In this document: piece after piece, positions 50,310 through 58,024 of the stretch
How positions within the stretch are numbered: the stretch's first letter is position 1
Layout: each line of letters opens with the position of its first letter
IMG/VR virus record: IMGVR_UViG_3300045256_000653
Location: 1-64,000 of that record
Source: a virus
DNA: 64,000 bases
Strand: one strand, 5' to 3'
Made by a program: the position numbers and the translations under genes
The notes under the pieces: generated by a model
What the model saw: only the letters and a program-made list of their open reading frames with translations
Database searches by the model: none
What the model was told of the DNA's origin: nothing

Positions 50310-50393
50310 GCCGGGGCTGAGCATGAGTGGGCTCACCTGACTGTAAATCAGGCGTCTCTGACCGTGGGGGTGCGAATCCCTCCCCCGGCACCA
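50310..50393 (+). tRNA. tRNA-Tyr(GTA), atypical D arm and T loop
   Basis: GCCGGGG/CCCCGGC-ACCA acceptor, CCTGA-CTGTAAA-TCAGG, T loop TGCGAAT. Confidence 0.75.
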
Positions 50394-50477
50394 TCAAGAA
50401 AGTTCGATTGTTCGAGGAAAGAAGGACCCAATGAAACGTAAGAGCGAGCCCGGGAAAGCCGGGCCAAAAGAAAGCGA

Positions 50478-50551
50478 GGGACGTTAGCTCAGTTGGTAGC
50501 AGCAGCGGACTTTTAATCCGTAGGTCGTGAGTTCGAGCCTCACACGTCCCA
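50478..50551 (+). tRNA. tRNA-Lys(TTT)
   Basis: Cloverleaf with loop CTTTTAA. Confidence 0.9.
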
Positions 50552-50571
50552 CTCGGTCGCAAGGCCGAAAC

Positions 50572-50646
50572 GGACTCGTAGCTCAATCAGGCAGAGCAGG
50601 CGACTCTTACTCGCAAGGTTGGTGGGTTCAATTCCCCCCGGGTCCA
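50572..50646 (+). tRNA. tRNA-Lys(CTT)
   Basis: Cloverleaf with loop CTCTTAC. Confidence 0.85.
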
Positions 50647-50687
50647 CTGGGAAAACAAAACGTTCGATCACATAGCAGTCACACCAT

Positions 50688-50759
50688 TCCGGGTTCGCCT
50701 AATTGGTAAGGCAGCGGTTTCTGATGCCGCCCAACGAGGTTCGAATCCTCTACCCGGAA
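50688..50759 (+). tRNA. tRNA-Gln(CTG)
   Basis: Cloverleaf with loop TTCTGAT. Confidence 0.88.
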
Positions 50760-50805
50760 CTGATTGGGGTCCCTTCGGGGACTCCCGGTCTTTGAAAATC
50801 TGCCA

Positions 50806-51002
50806 GGACTTGAGACAACTCTTTCACCGGGACGTTCTCTTCGGAGTGCTTCTCGGAAAAGCGTGCGCCATCGTGATCGACCCACGAGTATAGTGTGGGG
50901 CTACAGCGGGTGCGAAGAATGCGGGAGATCCCCGCATCACGCAGCAAGAGACTCTCTCCTGTTCGTTCGTGGAAGGGGCGGGGGCTCAAAAGCTCTCAAG
51001 CC
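50806..51002 (+). ncRNA. Candidate structured ncRNA of unknown class
   Basis: The ends pair (CTTGAGA/TCTCAAG and CTCTTTCAC/GTGGAAGGG), with several internal hairpins. Confidence 0.4.
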
Positions 51003-51025
51003 GTTGGGCCCTCGCCTTTTCGTTT

Positions 51026-51098
51026 TGCTCGGTAGCCAAGCAGGCAAGGCAGTGAGCTGTTAACTCACCTATCGCTGGTTCGAATCCAGCCCGAGCAG
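51026..51098 (+). tRNA. tRNA-Asn(GTT)
   Basis: Cloverleaf with loop CTGTTAA and G73. Confidence 0.9.
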
Positions 51099-51167
51099 CC
51101 GATCCCCAACGGGATCATTTGTGGCCGAAGCTCAAGTGGTAGAGCAGACACGGCGGGCTTCGGGCGC

Positions 51168-51506
51168 ATGCGCTTCGGTGCTCTCTGGGTCCCCACCTGG
51201 CCGTGGGCGCTCACACTGGGTGGGACGGTCGAAGTGAACAATCTCCCGGTGGGGATCGGCGGCGTGCAAGCCGAGGCTCTTCACCTTGGAAGCGGGCTTT
51301 GGGTCAGGGCGGGCGCCGGAATGGATCCCTTCGCCAGGCCGCACATGAATGCAGCCGCTGGCTGGTCGATCTTCGGTCTGGAGGTCTCGGGGTTCCCGCG
51401 CAACTCCGTGGTGACCAACGGCCAAGACCCGCGAGAAGCGGTGTCACTCTTCGCGACGATTCGAATCCCGCTCGGCTACGTCTTCTACGTGTTCGCCAAA
51501 CACTAA
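51168..51506 (+). CDS. Hypothetical beta-strand-rich membrane protein (possibly 5'-truncated)
   Basis: Alternating hydrophobic strands. Confidence 0.45.
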   Translation: MRFGALWVPTWPWALTLGGTVEVNNLPVGIGGVQAEALHLGSGLWVRAGAGMDPFARPHMNAAAGWSIFGLEVSGFPRNSVVTNGQDPREAVSLFATIRIPLGYVFYVFAKH

Positions 51507-52111
51507 CGCGAGCACCAGCGCATCCCTCGTAGATCGAGCTGTCGGTAGGCAGCAACCGCACGCACGGCGGTCTCGTCGATGCAGTCGTAGTTGTTGCCGA
51601 TGATCGACGGGCTCATGAGAACGTCCTTGCCGATGTGCCCCGAGCCGAGCATGTGCCCGATCTCGTGCATCGCGATCCGTTGAAGCTCGTTCAGAGGGAA
51701 ACGGTCCCGCACGAAGTAGACTCGATTCCCGGCAAGGCCTCCTCCCGGCCCCTGCGCCCAAGCGTTGCTGAGAAGGTGCTCGGGCTCTCGCGTCAGCGGA
51801 TTCGTGGTGTCCGTCCGAATGAGGATGTACCCGAAGTCGTCCGCTTGATCGTGCTTCGGCGGAACGTGAAAACTGTAGCTCATCACGCGCAGCACGATCT
51901 GCCCGTTGAGCGTCTTGTTCCACTCCGTGATGGCCTCCTGGAGTAGAGCTTTCTCCTCAGCTTCCCACCGCTCATCGATGTACATCGGCATGATGCGTAC
52001 ATCGGGACCCTCTCCCGACCGCGCGATGTAGGTGTAGTCACGCGGAACGGGGACGCAGTTTGCACACAACGTAAGCGCCAGAAAAACAGCGCGCAGCTTC
52101 ACCTTAATCAT
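51503..52111 (-). CDS. Matrixin/metzincin-like Zn protease with signal peptide
   Basis: HEIGHMLGSGH plus a Met-turn (LMSP). Confidence 0.85.
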   Translation of the reverse strand: MIKVKLRAVFLALTLCANCVPVPRDYTYIARSGEGPDVRIMPMYIDERWEAEEKALLQEAITEWNKTLNGQIVLRVMSYSFHVPPKHDQADDFGYILIRTDTTNPLTREPEHLLSNAWAQGPGGGLAGNRVYFVRDRFPLNELQRIAMHEIGHMLGSGHIGKDVLMSPSIIGNNYDCIDETAVRAVAAYRQLDLRGMRWCSR

Positions 52112-52133
52112 CCCCAACGGGATGATTAACGAC

Positions 52134-52209
52134 GGCCCCATCGTCTAACGGTTCAGGATGCCGGCCTTTCAAGCCGAGAATACGGGTTCGATTCCCGTTG
52201 GGGTCACCA
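52134..52209 (+). tRNA. tRNA-Glu(TTC)
   Basis: Cloverleaf with CCA encoded. Confidence 0.9.
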
Positions 52210-52213
52210 CTTT

Positions 52214-52286
52214 GCTCCCATCTCACTAACGGTCAGGTGGCTGGATTCTCAATCCAGAGGTGCGGGTTCGATTCCCGCTGGGAGTG
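52214..52286 (+). tRNA. tRNA-Glu(CTC)
   Basis: Loop TTCTCAA with a variant D arm. Confidence 0.8.
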
Positions 52287-52291
52287 CTACT

Positions 52292-52367
52292 GTCCCCATC
52301 GTCTAGCGGCCTAGGACGTGACCCTCTCAAGGTCAAAACACGAGTTCAAGTCTCGTTGGGGACACCA
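52292..52367 (+). tRNA. tRNA-Glu(CTC)
   Basis: Cloverleaf with CCA encoded. Confidence 0.9.
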
Positions 52368-52425
52368 CGTGCTATCAACGGCTCGTTGATTATCAACGAT
52401 CTTGATTGATACCGGTTGATAGAGC

Positions 52426-52749
52426 TTACGGCATCGCGAAGATTCGCAGAAGCGTGTCGGCGCGATCCATCTTACGGAGGGCGACGGCTTCGATCTGGCG
52501 GACACGTTCTCGGGTGAGACCCAAGAGCGCGCCCAACTCTTCGAGCGTCATTCCTCCTTGGTCAGCAACGTCGAGGGTGCACGTCGGTGCGCCTTCGGAA
52601 AGAGGGACCAGGTAATACTTGCACGTGATCCACTGGCACGGTCGGACGGCATTCTTTCCGCCCGGCAGGCAGTCACTCCTCACACGAGGACGCTTCGACG
52701 AGTCGTAGAGCGGGAGGCGAGTCTTCTCGTTGGACGAACCGTCAGCCAT
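52426..52749 (-). CDS. Sigma-70 region-4 HTH protein with Cys cluster
   Basis: MTLEELGALLGLTRERVRQIE, with C..PC...C...C upstream. Confidence 0.8.
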   Translation of the reverse strand: MADGSSNEKTRLPLYDSSKRPRVRSDCLPGGKNAVRPCQWITCKYYLVPLSEGAPTCTLDVADQGGMTLEELGALLGLTRERVRQIEAVALRKMDRADTLLRIFAMP

Positions 52750-52766
52750 GGATCTAGATACACCAG

Positions 52767-52839
52767 GGCCACTTAGCTCAGTTGGTAGAGCGGCTGGCTG
52801 AAGTCCAGCGCGTCGGGAGTTCGATTCTCTCAGTGGCCA
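52767..52839 (+). tRNA. tRNA-Phe(GAA)
   Basis: Cloverleaf with loop CTGAAGT. Confidence 0.9.
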
Positions 52840-52861
52840 CCGAAATTGGTTTGTCTTTAGC

Positions 52862-52939
52862 TGTGCGCGGCTCGGCCGGGGATGGCCGGTGGGTCTCATA
52901 CGCCCGCTAAATTCCGTTCGACTCGGAAGCGCGCAACCA
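52862..52939 (+). tRNA. Atypical tRNA(CAT) (Met/Ile2)
   Basis: TGTGCGC/GCGCGCA-ACCA acceptor, loop CTCATAC, non-canonical D arm. Confidence 0.6.
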
Positions 52940-52958
52940 GGGTCTTCGGACCCTTTAC

Positions 52959-53032
52959 GTCGGGGTGGAGCAGTCAGGTAGCTTGTCGGGCTCATAACCC
53001 GAAGGTCGATGGTTCAAATCCATCCCCCGACC
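52959..53032 (+). tRNA. tRNA-Met(CAT), initiator-like
   Basis: TCGGG-CTCATAA-CCCGA with three G-C pairs, fMet-like D arm. Confidence 0.85.
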
Positions 53033-53042
53033 CAAATCTTAT

Positions 53043-53117
53043 TCCGGAGACGCCTCACATGGAAGGGCACCCGCCTTTGAAGCGGTCTTTTTGGGGGTTC
53101 GAATCCCTCCTCCGGAA
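53043..53117 (+). tRNA. tRNA-Gln(TTG)
   Basis: Loop CTTTGAA, acceptor TCCGGAG/CTCCGGA. Confidence 0.8.
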
Positions 53118-53161
53118 CTCGGCTTAGATTCGGGAAAGACCTTATACCGTCCCGAATCTAG

Positions 53162-53593
53162 ATGACGGACAAAATTTGCGTCAAATGCAAGGGAAAACCG
53201 CAACCGATCGAAAACTTCAATCGGGGACCTAAAGGGTTCCACTCGTACTGCCGTCTCTGTCAGAAAGAGTACGACCGAGCGCGCTACAAACGACGCCACA
53301 AAGAGGAGCTGGCTCGGCAGAAGCAAAAACGATCAGCGTCGTACAGGCAGAAACAAGAGGTACTGCGACACGCAAAACAAGGTCCGTGTTCGGATTGTGG
53401 TGGTCACTTTCACTTCGCCGCGATGGACTTCGATCATCGCGACCCGTCAACAAAGATAGACAATGTTGGCAGCCTCGTGGGCTCCGGTTGTCGCCTCGAA
53501 ACCTTTTTGGCCGAGATCGCAAAATGTGATCTTCTTTGTGCCAACTGTCATCGCATCAGAACGTATGAAGCAACCCATCGGAGTGTAGCTTAG
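53162..53593 (+). CDS. HNH homing endonuclease
   Basis: CVKC..CRLC, CSDC, DFDH and CANCHR motifs. Confidence 0.85.
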   Translation: MTDKICVKCKGKPQPIENFNRGPKGFHSYCRLCQKEYDRARYKRRHKEELARQKQKRSASYRQKQEVLRHAKQGPCSDCGGHFHFAAMDFDHRDPSTKIDNVGSLVGSGCRLETFLAEIAKCDLLCANCHRIRTYEATHRSVA

Positions 53594-53653
53594 TCTGGCT
53601 AAAGCGCGTGCTTCGGGAGCACGAGACCGCCGGTTCGAGTCCGGCCACTCCGA
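53579..53653 (+). tRNA. tRNA-Pro(CGG)
   Basis: CGGAGTG acceptor with loop TTCGGGA. Confidence 0.9.
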
Positions 53654-53693
53654 CTACTCTTTTCCTACTCTTCACGCGGTGTAACCTGCCGGC

Positions 53694-54050
53694 ATGGCTG
53701 ATCTCTTGTGCCAGAAGTGCCGGAACTGGAAAGAGCTGGACGACTTCCGTCACCTCATTCAGCCCGATCCCCACGAGCAGCCGGAACACTCCAACGTGTG
53801 CCGGCAATGCGAGGACCCGCTCGATCACGATCTCTACGGGTTGCCGAAGGAAGACCTCCTTCAAGAGGTGAAGAAGCTTCGTGCGGCCATTCGGGAGCAC
53901 CGAGACGCTTCGGGACATGACCTCTGCTGGTACCAGCCGGAGCTTTGGAACTTGCTCCCCGAAAAGACGGAGCCGAAGCCGAAGGTGCCGCCGACGAAGG
54001 AGTTCCTCGATGCGTGCGCCCTCTACCGCAAGTCGCTCGACACGCGCTAG
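53694..54050 (+). CDS. Hypothetical Zn-binding protein
   Basis: CQKC/CRQC, with ATG 10 nt after CGGTGTA. Confidence 0.7.
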   Translation: MADLLCQKCRNWKELDDFRHLIQPDPHEQPEHSNVCRQCEDPLDHDLYGLPKEDLLQEVKKLRAAIREHRDASGHDLCWYQPELWNLLPEKTEPKPKVPPTKEFLDACALYRKSLDTR

Positions 54051-54247
54051 TTGACGTAGACGAAGTACGCCCAGGTCGAGCCCTGGTCGTGCTCCCAGAC
54101 GCGGCTCTTGCCGAACTCACCCCAATCGAGAATGAGCTTCACGCGGCCGTCGTGCTCTTTCTCGATGCGCTCGATGACGACCTTCTCGGGTCGGTCACAG
54201 ACGACAAGGCGGTCTCCAACTTTCGGCTTGCGAGGGGCAAAGAACAT
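54047..54247 (-). CDS. Small hypothetical protein
   Basis: GGAG SD, SH3-like composition. Confidence 0.55.
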   Translation of the reverse strand: MFFAPRKPKVGDRLVVCDRPEKVVIERIEKEHDGRVKLILDWGEFGKSRVWEHDQGSTWAYFVYVN

Positions 54248-54250
54248 CGG

Positions 54251-54745
54251 TCACTCCGCCTCTCGGAAAGTTCGGAACAGCCGGTCCCAGCCGAAGAAGA
54301 GGATGCCGAAGTTGCGGTTCGTGCGCTTGTGATGCACGAAGTGCAAATCCCGCAGCGGCGAGAAGATCTTCCAGCGTGCCCAGACCGACTTCTTCACGTG
54401 GAAGCCTGTGTGGAGCGAATCGTGCAGGATGCCGAGGGCCAACGTTTCGAGCGCGGCGCCGCCGATGACGTAGACGTCAGTGCCCAACGCGTAGAGGACG
54501 GCGGCGTAGAGAAAGAAGGCGAGGGTGACCGCCGGCGTGAAGATCAGCGTCGAATCTGCGGTGCCGGATGTGCGATAGACGCCCGAGACGAGATCGTCGG
54601 GCGGGTACTGGAAGATGTGGTGGTTCATGTGGGCGCGGTAAAGCGGCCCGGACCATCGCTGGTGGAGCACCCAGTGAACGAACCAGCCGATGAGGCTTCC
54701 GTACACGAAGGTGATGGCCGCCGCGACTACTGCGCCCATACCCAA
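54251..54745 (-). CDS. Fatty-acid hydroxylase / sterol desaturase family membrane protein
   Basis: His boxes HWVLH, HMNHH, HDSLH and HFVHH, with NFG..WDRLFRT. Confidence 0.88.
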   Translation of the reverse strand: MGMGAVVAAAITFVYGSLIGWFVHWVLHQRWSGPLYRAHMNHHIFQYPPDDLVSGVYRTSGTADSTLIFTPAVTLAFFLYAAVLYALGTDVYVIGGAALETLALGILHDSLHTGFHVKKSVWARWKIFSPLRDLHFVHHKRTNRNFGILFFGWDRLFRTFREAE

Positions 54746-54772
54746 GAAGACTCAGAACAGGTTTAACAATGC

Positions 54773-54847
54773 GGGCCCGTAGCTCAGTGGCAGAGCACCG
54801 TCTTCACACGGCGGGTGTCGGAGGTTCGATTCCTCTCGGGCCTACCA
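54773..54847 (+). tRNA. tRNA-Val(CAC)
   Basis: Cloverleaf with CCA. Confidence 0.9.
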
Positions 54848-54855
54848 AACATCCC

Positions 54856-54927
54856 GGGCTGATAGCTCAATGGCAGAGTGCCGGTATTACACGCCGGAAG
54901 TTGCCGGTTCAAGTCCGGCTCGGCCCA
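54856..54927 (+). tRNA. tRNA-Val(TAC)
   Basis: Loop ATTACAC. Confidence 0.85.
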
Positions 54928-54951
54928 CCCCGTTCGTCACCAAGTTTCCGA

Positions 54952-55023
54952 TGGCCCGTAGCTCAGTGGTAGAGCGCTTCCTTGACACGGAAGAGATCGG
55001 AGGTTCGATTCCTCTCGGGCCAA
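54952..55023 (+). tRNA. tRNA-Val(GAC)
   Basis: Loop TTGACAC. Confidence 0.9.
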
Positions 55024-55050
55024 CTGCACTTCACTTATTTCAAGAGATAC

Positions 55051-55125
55051 AGGCACGTAGCTCAACCTGGTTAGAGCACCATCCTGATAAGGTGGGGGTT
55101 GGAGGTTCAAATCCTCTCGTGCCTA
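55051..55125 (+). tRNA. tRNA-Ile(GAT)
   Basis: Loop CTGATAA. Confidence 0.9.
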
Positions 55126-55127
55126 CT

Positions 55128-55289
55128 GATCGCGCCCAGCAACCCGTGAAGCACACAAGCATCCCGCAAGGGATATGCAGGTTCGAATCCTGCTCCCCTC
55201 ACTTCTACGAGGGGATGGCGGAATTGGAAGACGCACTGGTATAAGGGACCAGCCGAAAGGCAGACTGCTACACACCCTCGGGCGCGATC
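55128..55289 (+). ncRNA. Y-RNA-like RNA A: circularly permuted tRNA-Leu(AAG)-like body on the conserved stem module
   Basis: Order is T arm, 3' acceptor, linker, 5' acceptor, D arm, anticodon arm. It is closed by GATCGCGCCC-AG / CT-C-GGGCGCGATC and carries ACAAGC. Confidence 0.8.
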
Positions 55290-55316
55290 TATTTTTCCTT
55301 TGAACGGACAAGGTAG

Positions 55317-55664
55317 GTGATGGACTCCCTCGCCAGCCGCGTCGTTCAACGTTACATGACGGCCGCCGACCCCGGCGCCATCCGGATCAAAGAGATTCGG
55401 CCGGGAAAGACGGACAAGTCCTACATGGTGACCGTCTACGTTGAAGGCGACTGGGACGAGCCGAAGGGCTACGAAGCCAAGCATGCCTTGGCCAAGGCCA
55501 TCGCGGCGAAGGTCCTCGCCGACTCGCACTTCAAGTCGAAGATGAACGAGTTCAAGTCGAAGAAGCTGCCGTTTCCCATCCCCAAGAGCCCAAGCGACTT
55601 CACCGACTGGGACGTGTGGGCGGGCGAAGCGCAGCTTTCGTACGCCGTCGAAATCGACGACTAA
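55317..55664 (+). CDS. Hypothetical protein
   Basis: N-terminus MDSLASRVVQRYMTA. Confidence 0.7.
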   Translation: MMDSLASRVVQRYMTAADPGAIRIKEIRPGKTDKSYMVTVYVEGDWDEPKGYEAKHALAKAIAAKVLADSHFKSKMNEFKSKKLPFPIPKSPSDFTDWDVWAGEAQLSYAVEIDD

Positions 55665-55912
55665 TCGCCGAGGGATGCAAGGTCCAGGGCTCCGGAAGGT
55701 CCCTGGATTTGGCCGTTCGAGATCGGCCAGTTCTTCTGCAATGCGAGGCGCTCGACCTCTCGTCCTCGGACGAAGGCATCGGCGATGGCCTCGCTCATGC
55801 TCTTCGAGAGCCCGGTCGCATCGCGGATCACCTTGGTCATGCGTTCGACCTTGTGCTCTTTGGTCTCTTTCGGGACGTATTTGAACGCGACCCGCTTGGC
55901 GAGAGGATCCAT
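55661..55912 (-). CDS. Hypothetical protein
   Basis: N-terminus MDPLAKRVAFKY. Confidence 0.65.
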   Translation of the reverse strand: MDPLAKRVAFKYVPKETKEHKVERMTKVIRDATGLSKSMSEAIADAFVRGREVERLALQKNWPISNGQIQGPSGALDLASLGD

Positions 55913-55942
55913 CAAGCGGTGTATCTGAATAGGTAGAAATTC

Positions 55943-56016
55943 CGGGGTGTCGCATAGTGGCAATTGCACGTGCTTTGGGTGCACGTATTACGCGGGTTCG
56001 AGTCCCGCCACCCCGA
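55943..56016 (+). tRNA. tRNA-Pro(TGG)
   Basis: CGGGGTG acceptor with loop TTTGGGT. Confidence 0.88.
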
Positions 56017-56134
56017 CCGGGCTGCTGTTCCGCAGCCCAACACACTTCCCACCTCGACTCTCTTCGGGGAGTCCGCACAGGGCGGTGTATTCACTTAATT
56101 CGGCGACGTGCGAAGCCGAGATCGGATCGGAACA

Positions 56135-58012
56135 ATGGCAAACGAGAATCTTGGACCCGCCGAGCGGATCATCAACTCTCTGCTCGCGTACACGGACCAC
56201 ATGGTCCACAACCGCCCGGGCGTGGTCATCCCGGATCGCCGCTTCAACACCGGCGTGCGCTGGCAATTCGTCACGCACAAGGAGGAAGGCGGCCAAAAGG
56301 TCGTCTACGCCCTCACGAAGGTGGGCAAGAAGACGACGAGGACCCGCCTTGGTGTGATGCAGCCGGATCGTAGCGTCGTCGAGAACGGCGCGAAGATCGG
56401 CGATTACCGCCCGGCCGGATACAACCGCGAGGCGGCTGCCTGGATGTACCGACAGGTCGCCGAGGTGTGGAAGCTCGACAACGAGTTCGCGGCCCGCTGG
56501 GCCTCGTACGCGTTCAAGAACGACAAGAACCGCGACCTCAAGGTCATTCTCTGCGCGTTCATGCTCGTTCAGAGCCGCCAAGGTGATCCGGTCAAGGGCG
56601 CCGATGGCAAGGTCGAATTCTTCGACGACGACTTCCGTGAGGTCGGTGAGGCGATGATCCTCAGCGACGAGAAGGGTGTCGAGCACTTCGACGCCAAGCT
56701 CCTCATCCGGGTGCGCGAGATCCTCTCGCTTCCGGAGATCGCGACCATCAACCGGGAACTCGGCTTCGGGCGCTCGACGCGCAAGGCGCCGCTCGGTCGT
56801 TGGGAGAAGGCGGTCACGCGGTGGCTCCAATACCGGGAGCGCAACCCGAAGATGCTCGAAGGTCTCGTCAAGGCGGGCCTTCGGAACAAGGTCGTGTCGC
56901 TCGCTCAGCAGGTCGGCTACAAGCCGGACTCGCCGAACTTCTACCGGATCCTCCGGTGGGAGCAAAACCAGGCGAAGGACGGTCACCGCCAGCTCGCGAT
57001 CGGCGAGGCAGTCGCTGCCGGGGAAACCTGGGAGGGCCTCACCGAGGAGCAGGTCTGCCAGCGCATCATGAAGGACAAGCCGAAGTGGAACCGTCTCGCG
57101 GTCATGCTCCCCAAGAGCACCGGGTTGACGAGGGCCATCATGGCAGCGGCGATCGAGGCGGGTTCCGTCTCGAACAAGGAACTCATCATCCTTTCGCCGA
57201 CGCTCGAAGAGCTTGGCCTTCTCCAAGTTCAGAACATCCGAGAGCGTTGGGAGCGTGCGCAGCGTGAGGCGGAAGACACTCGCGCGGCCAACGTCGCTCA
57301 ACGCATGAAGTCGAAGGAGGCGCAAGAGAAGCTCCAAGAGGCAGCCGACGTCGCGGTCCAAAAGGCCGTGGCCGAGGTCGTCAAGGGGATGCTCGTCTAC
57401 GTCTGCATCGACATCTCGGGATCGATGACGAACTCGATTCCGACCGCGAAGCAGTACATCGCGCAGTTCCTCCAGGGTTTCCCCCCGGAGCAGCTCGTCG
57501 TGTGCGTCTTCAACACGGTCGGACGCATCGTCACCATCAAGAGCCCGTCGAAGGCGGGCGTGGAGAATGCGTTCGCCGGCATTCAGGCGGGTGGTGGCAC
57601 CGATCACGGATCGGCCATTCGCACGATTGCCAAGCACCGCATGCCCACGGCGGACGAGGATGTCGTGATGATCTTCATCGGTGACGGTGGAGAGATCAAG
57701 ACGTTCGACTCCTCTCTGGCGGTCGATCACATCAAGCCGATGGCCTTCGGGTTCCTCCAGCTTCCTGGAGACAACTCGGGGTGCATCACCAACACGGCGG
57801 CTCGGCTGGGTATCCCGTGCTTCAACATCGACGAGGGAATCTTCGCGGACCCGTATGCGATTCCGCGTACGCTCCGTGCCCTCATCGCTGCAACCCCGGT
57901 GGGCCAAGCTCCCCGGACGCAGGCAGCTCCGCGCGTGTCTCTCGTGGACACGATTCAAAAGACGGCGCTACTCAAGAAGCCGGCATGGGCAACCGTGGTC
58001 GCAACAGCGTAA
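56135..58012 (+). CDS. Ro60/TROVE-like protein: helical N-domain plus C-terminal vWA
   Basis: vWA MIDAS motifs IDISGSM, GGGTD and FIGDG follow ~410 aa of basic helical sequence. Flanked by Y-like RNAs. The vWA call is firm and TROVE is inferred. Confidence 0.7.
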   Translation: MANENLGPAERIINSLLAYTDHMVHNRPGVVIPDRRFNTGVRWQFVTHKEEGGQKVVYALTKVGKKTTRTRLGVMQPDRSVVENGAKIGDYRPAGYNREAAAWMYRQVAEVWKLDNEFAARWASYAFKNDKNRDLKVILCAFMLVQSRQGDPVKGADGKVEFFDDDFREVGEAMILSDEKGVEHFDAKLLIRVREILSLPEIATINRELGFGRSTRKAPLGRWEKAVTRWLQYRERNPKMLEGLVKAGLRNKVVSLAQQVGYKPDSPNFYRILRWEQNQAKDGHRQLAIGEAVAAGETWEGLTEEQVCQRIMKDKPKWNRLAVMLPKSTGLTRAIMAAAIEAGSVSNKELIILSPTLEELGLLQVQNIRERWERAQREAEDTRAANVAQRMKSKEAQEKLQEAADVAVQKAVAEVVKGMLVYVCIDISGSMTNSIPTAKQYIAQFLQGFPPEQLVVCVFNTVGRIVTIKSPSKAGVENAFAGIQAGGGTDHGSAIRTIAKHRMPTADEDVVMIFIGDGGEIKTFDSSLAVDHIKPMAFGFLQLPGDNSGCITNTAARLGIPCFNIDEGIFADPYAIPRTLRALIAATPVGQAPRTQAAPRVSLVDTIQKTALLKKPAWATVVATA

Positions 58013-58024
58013 GGAGCAAATCAG

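Noticed and set aside
55988-57958. 656-aa minus-strand ORF (also 35208-36644 and 44074-45171)
   Set aside because: Shadow ORFs opposite motif-bearing genes.
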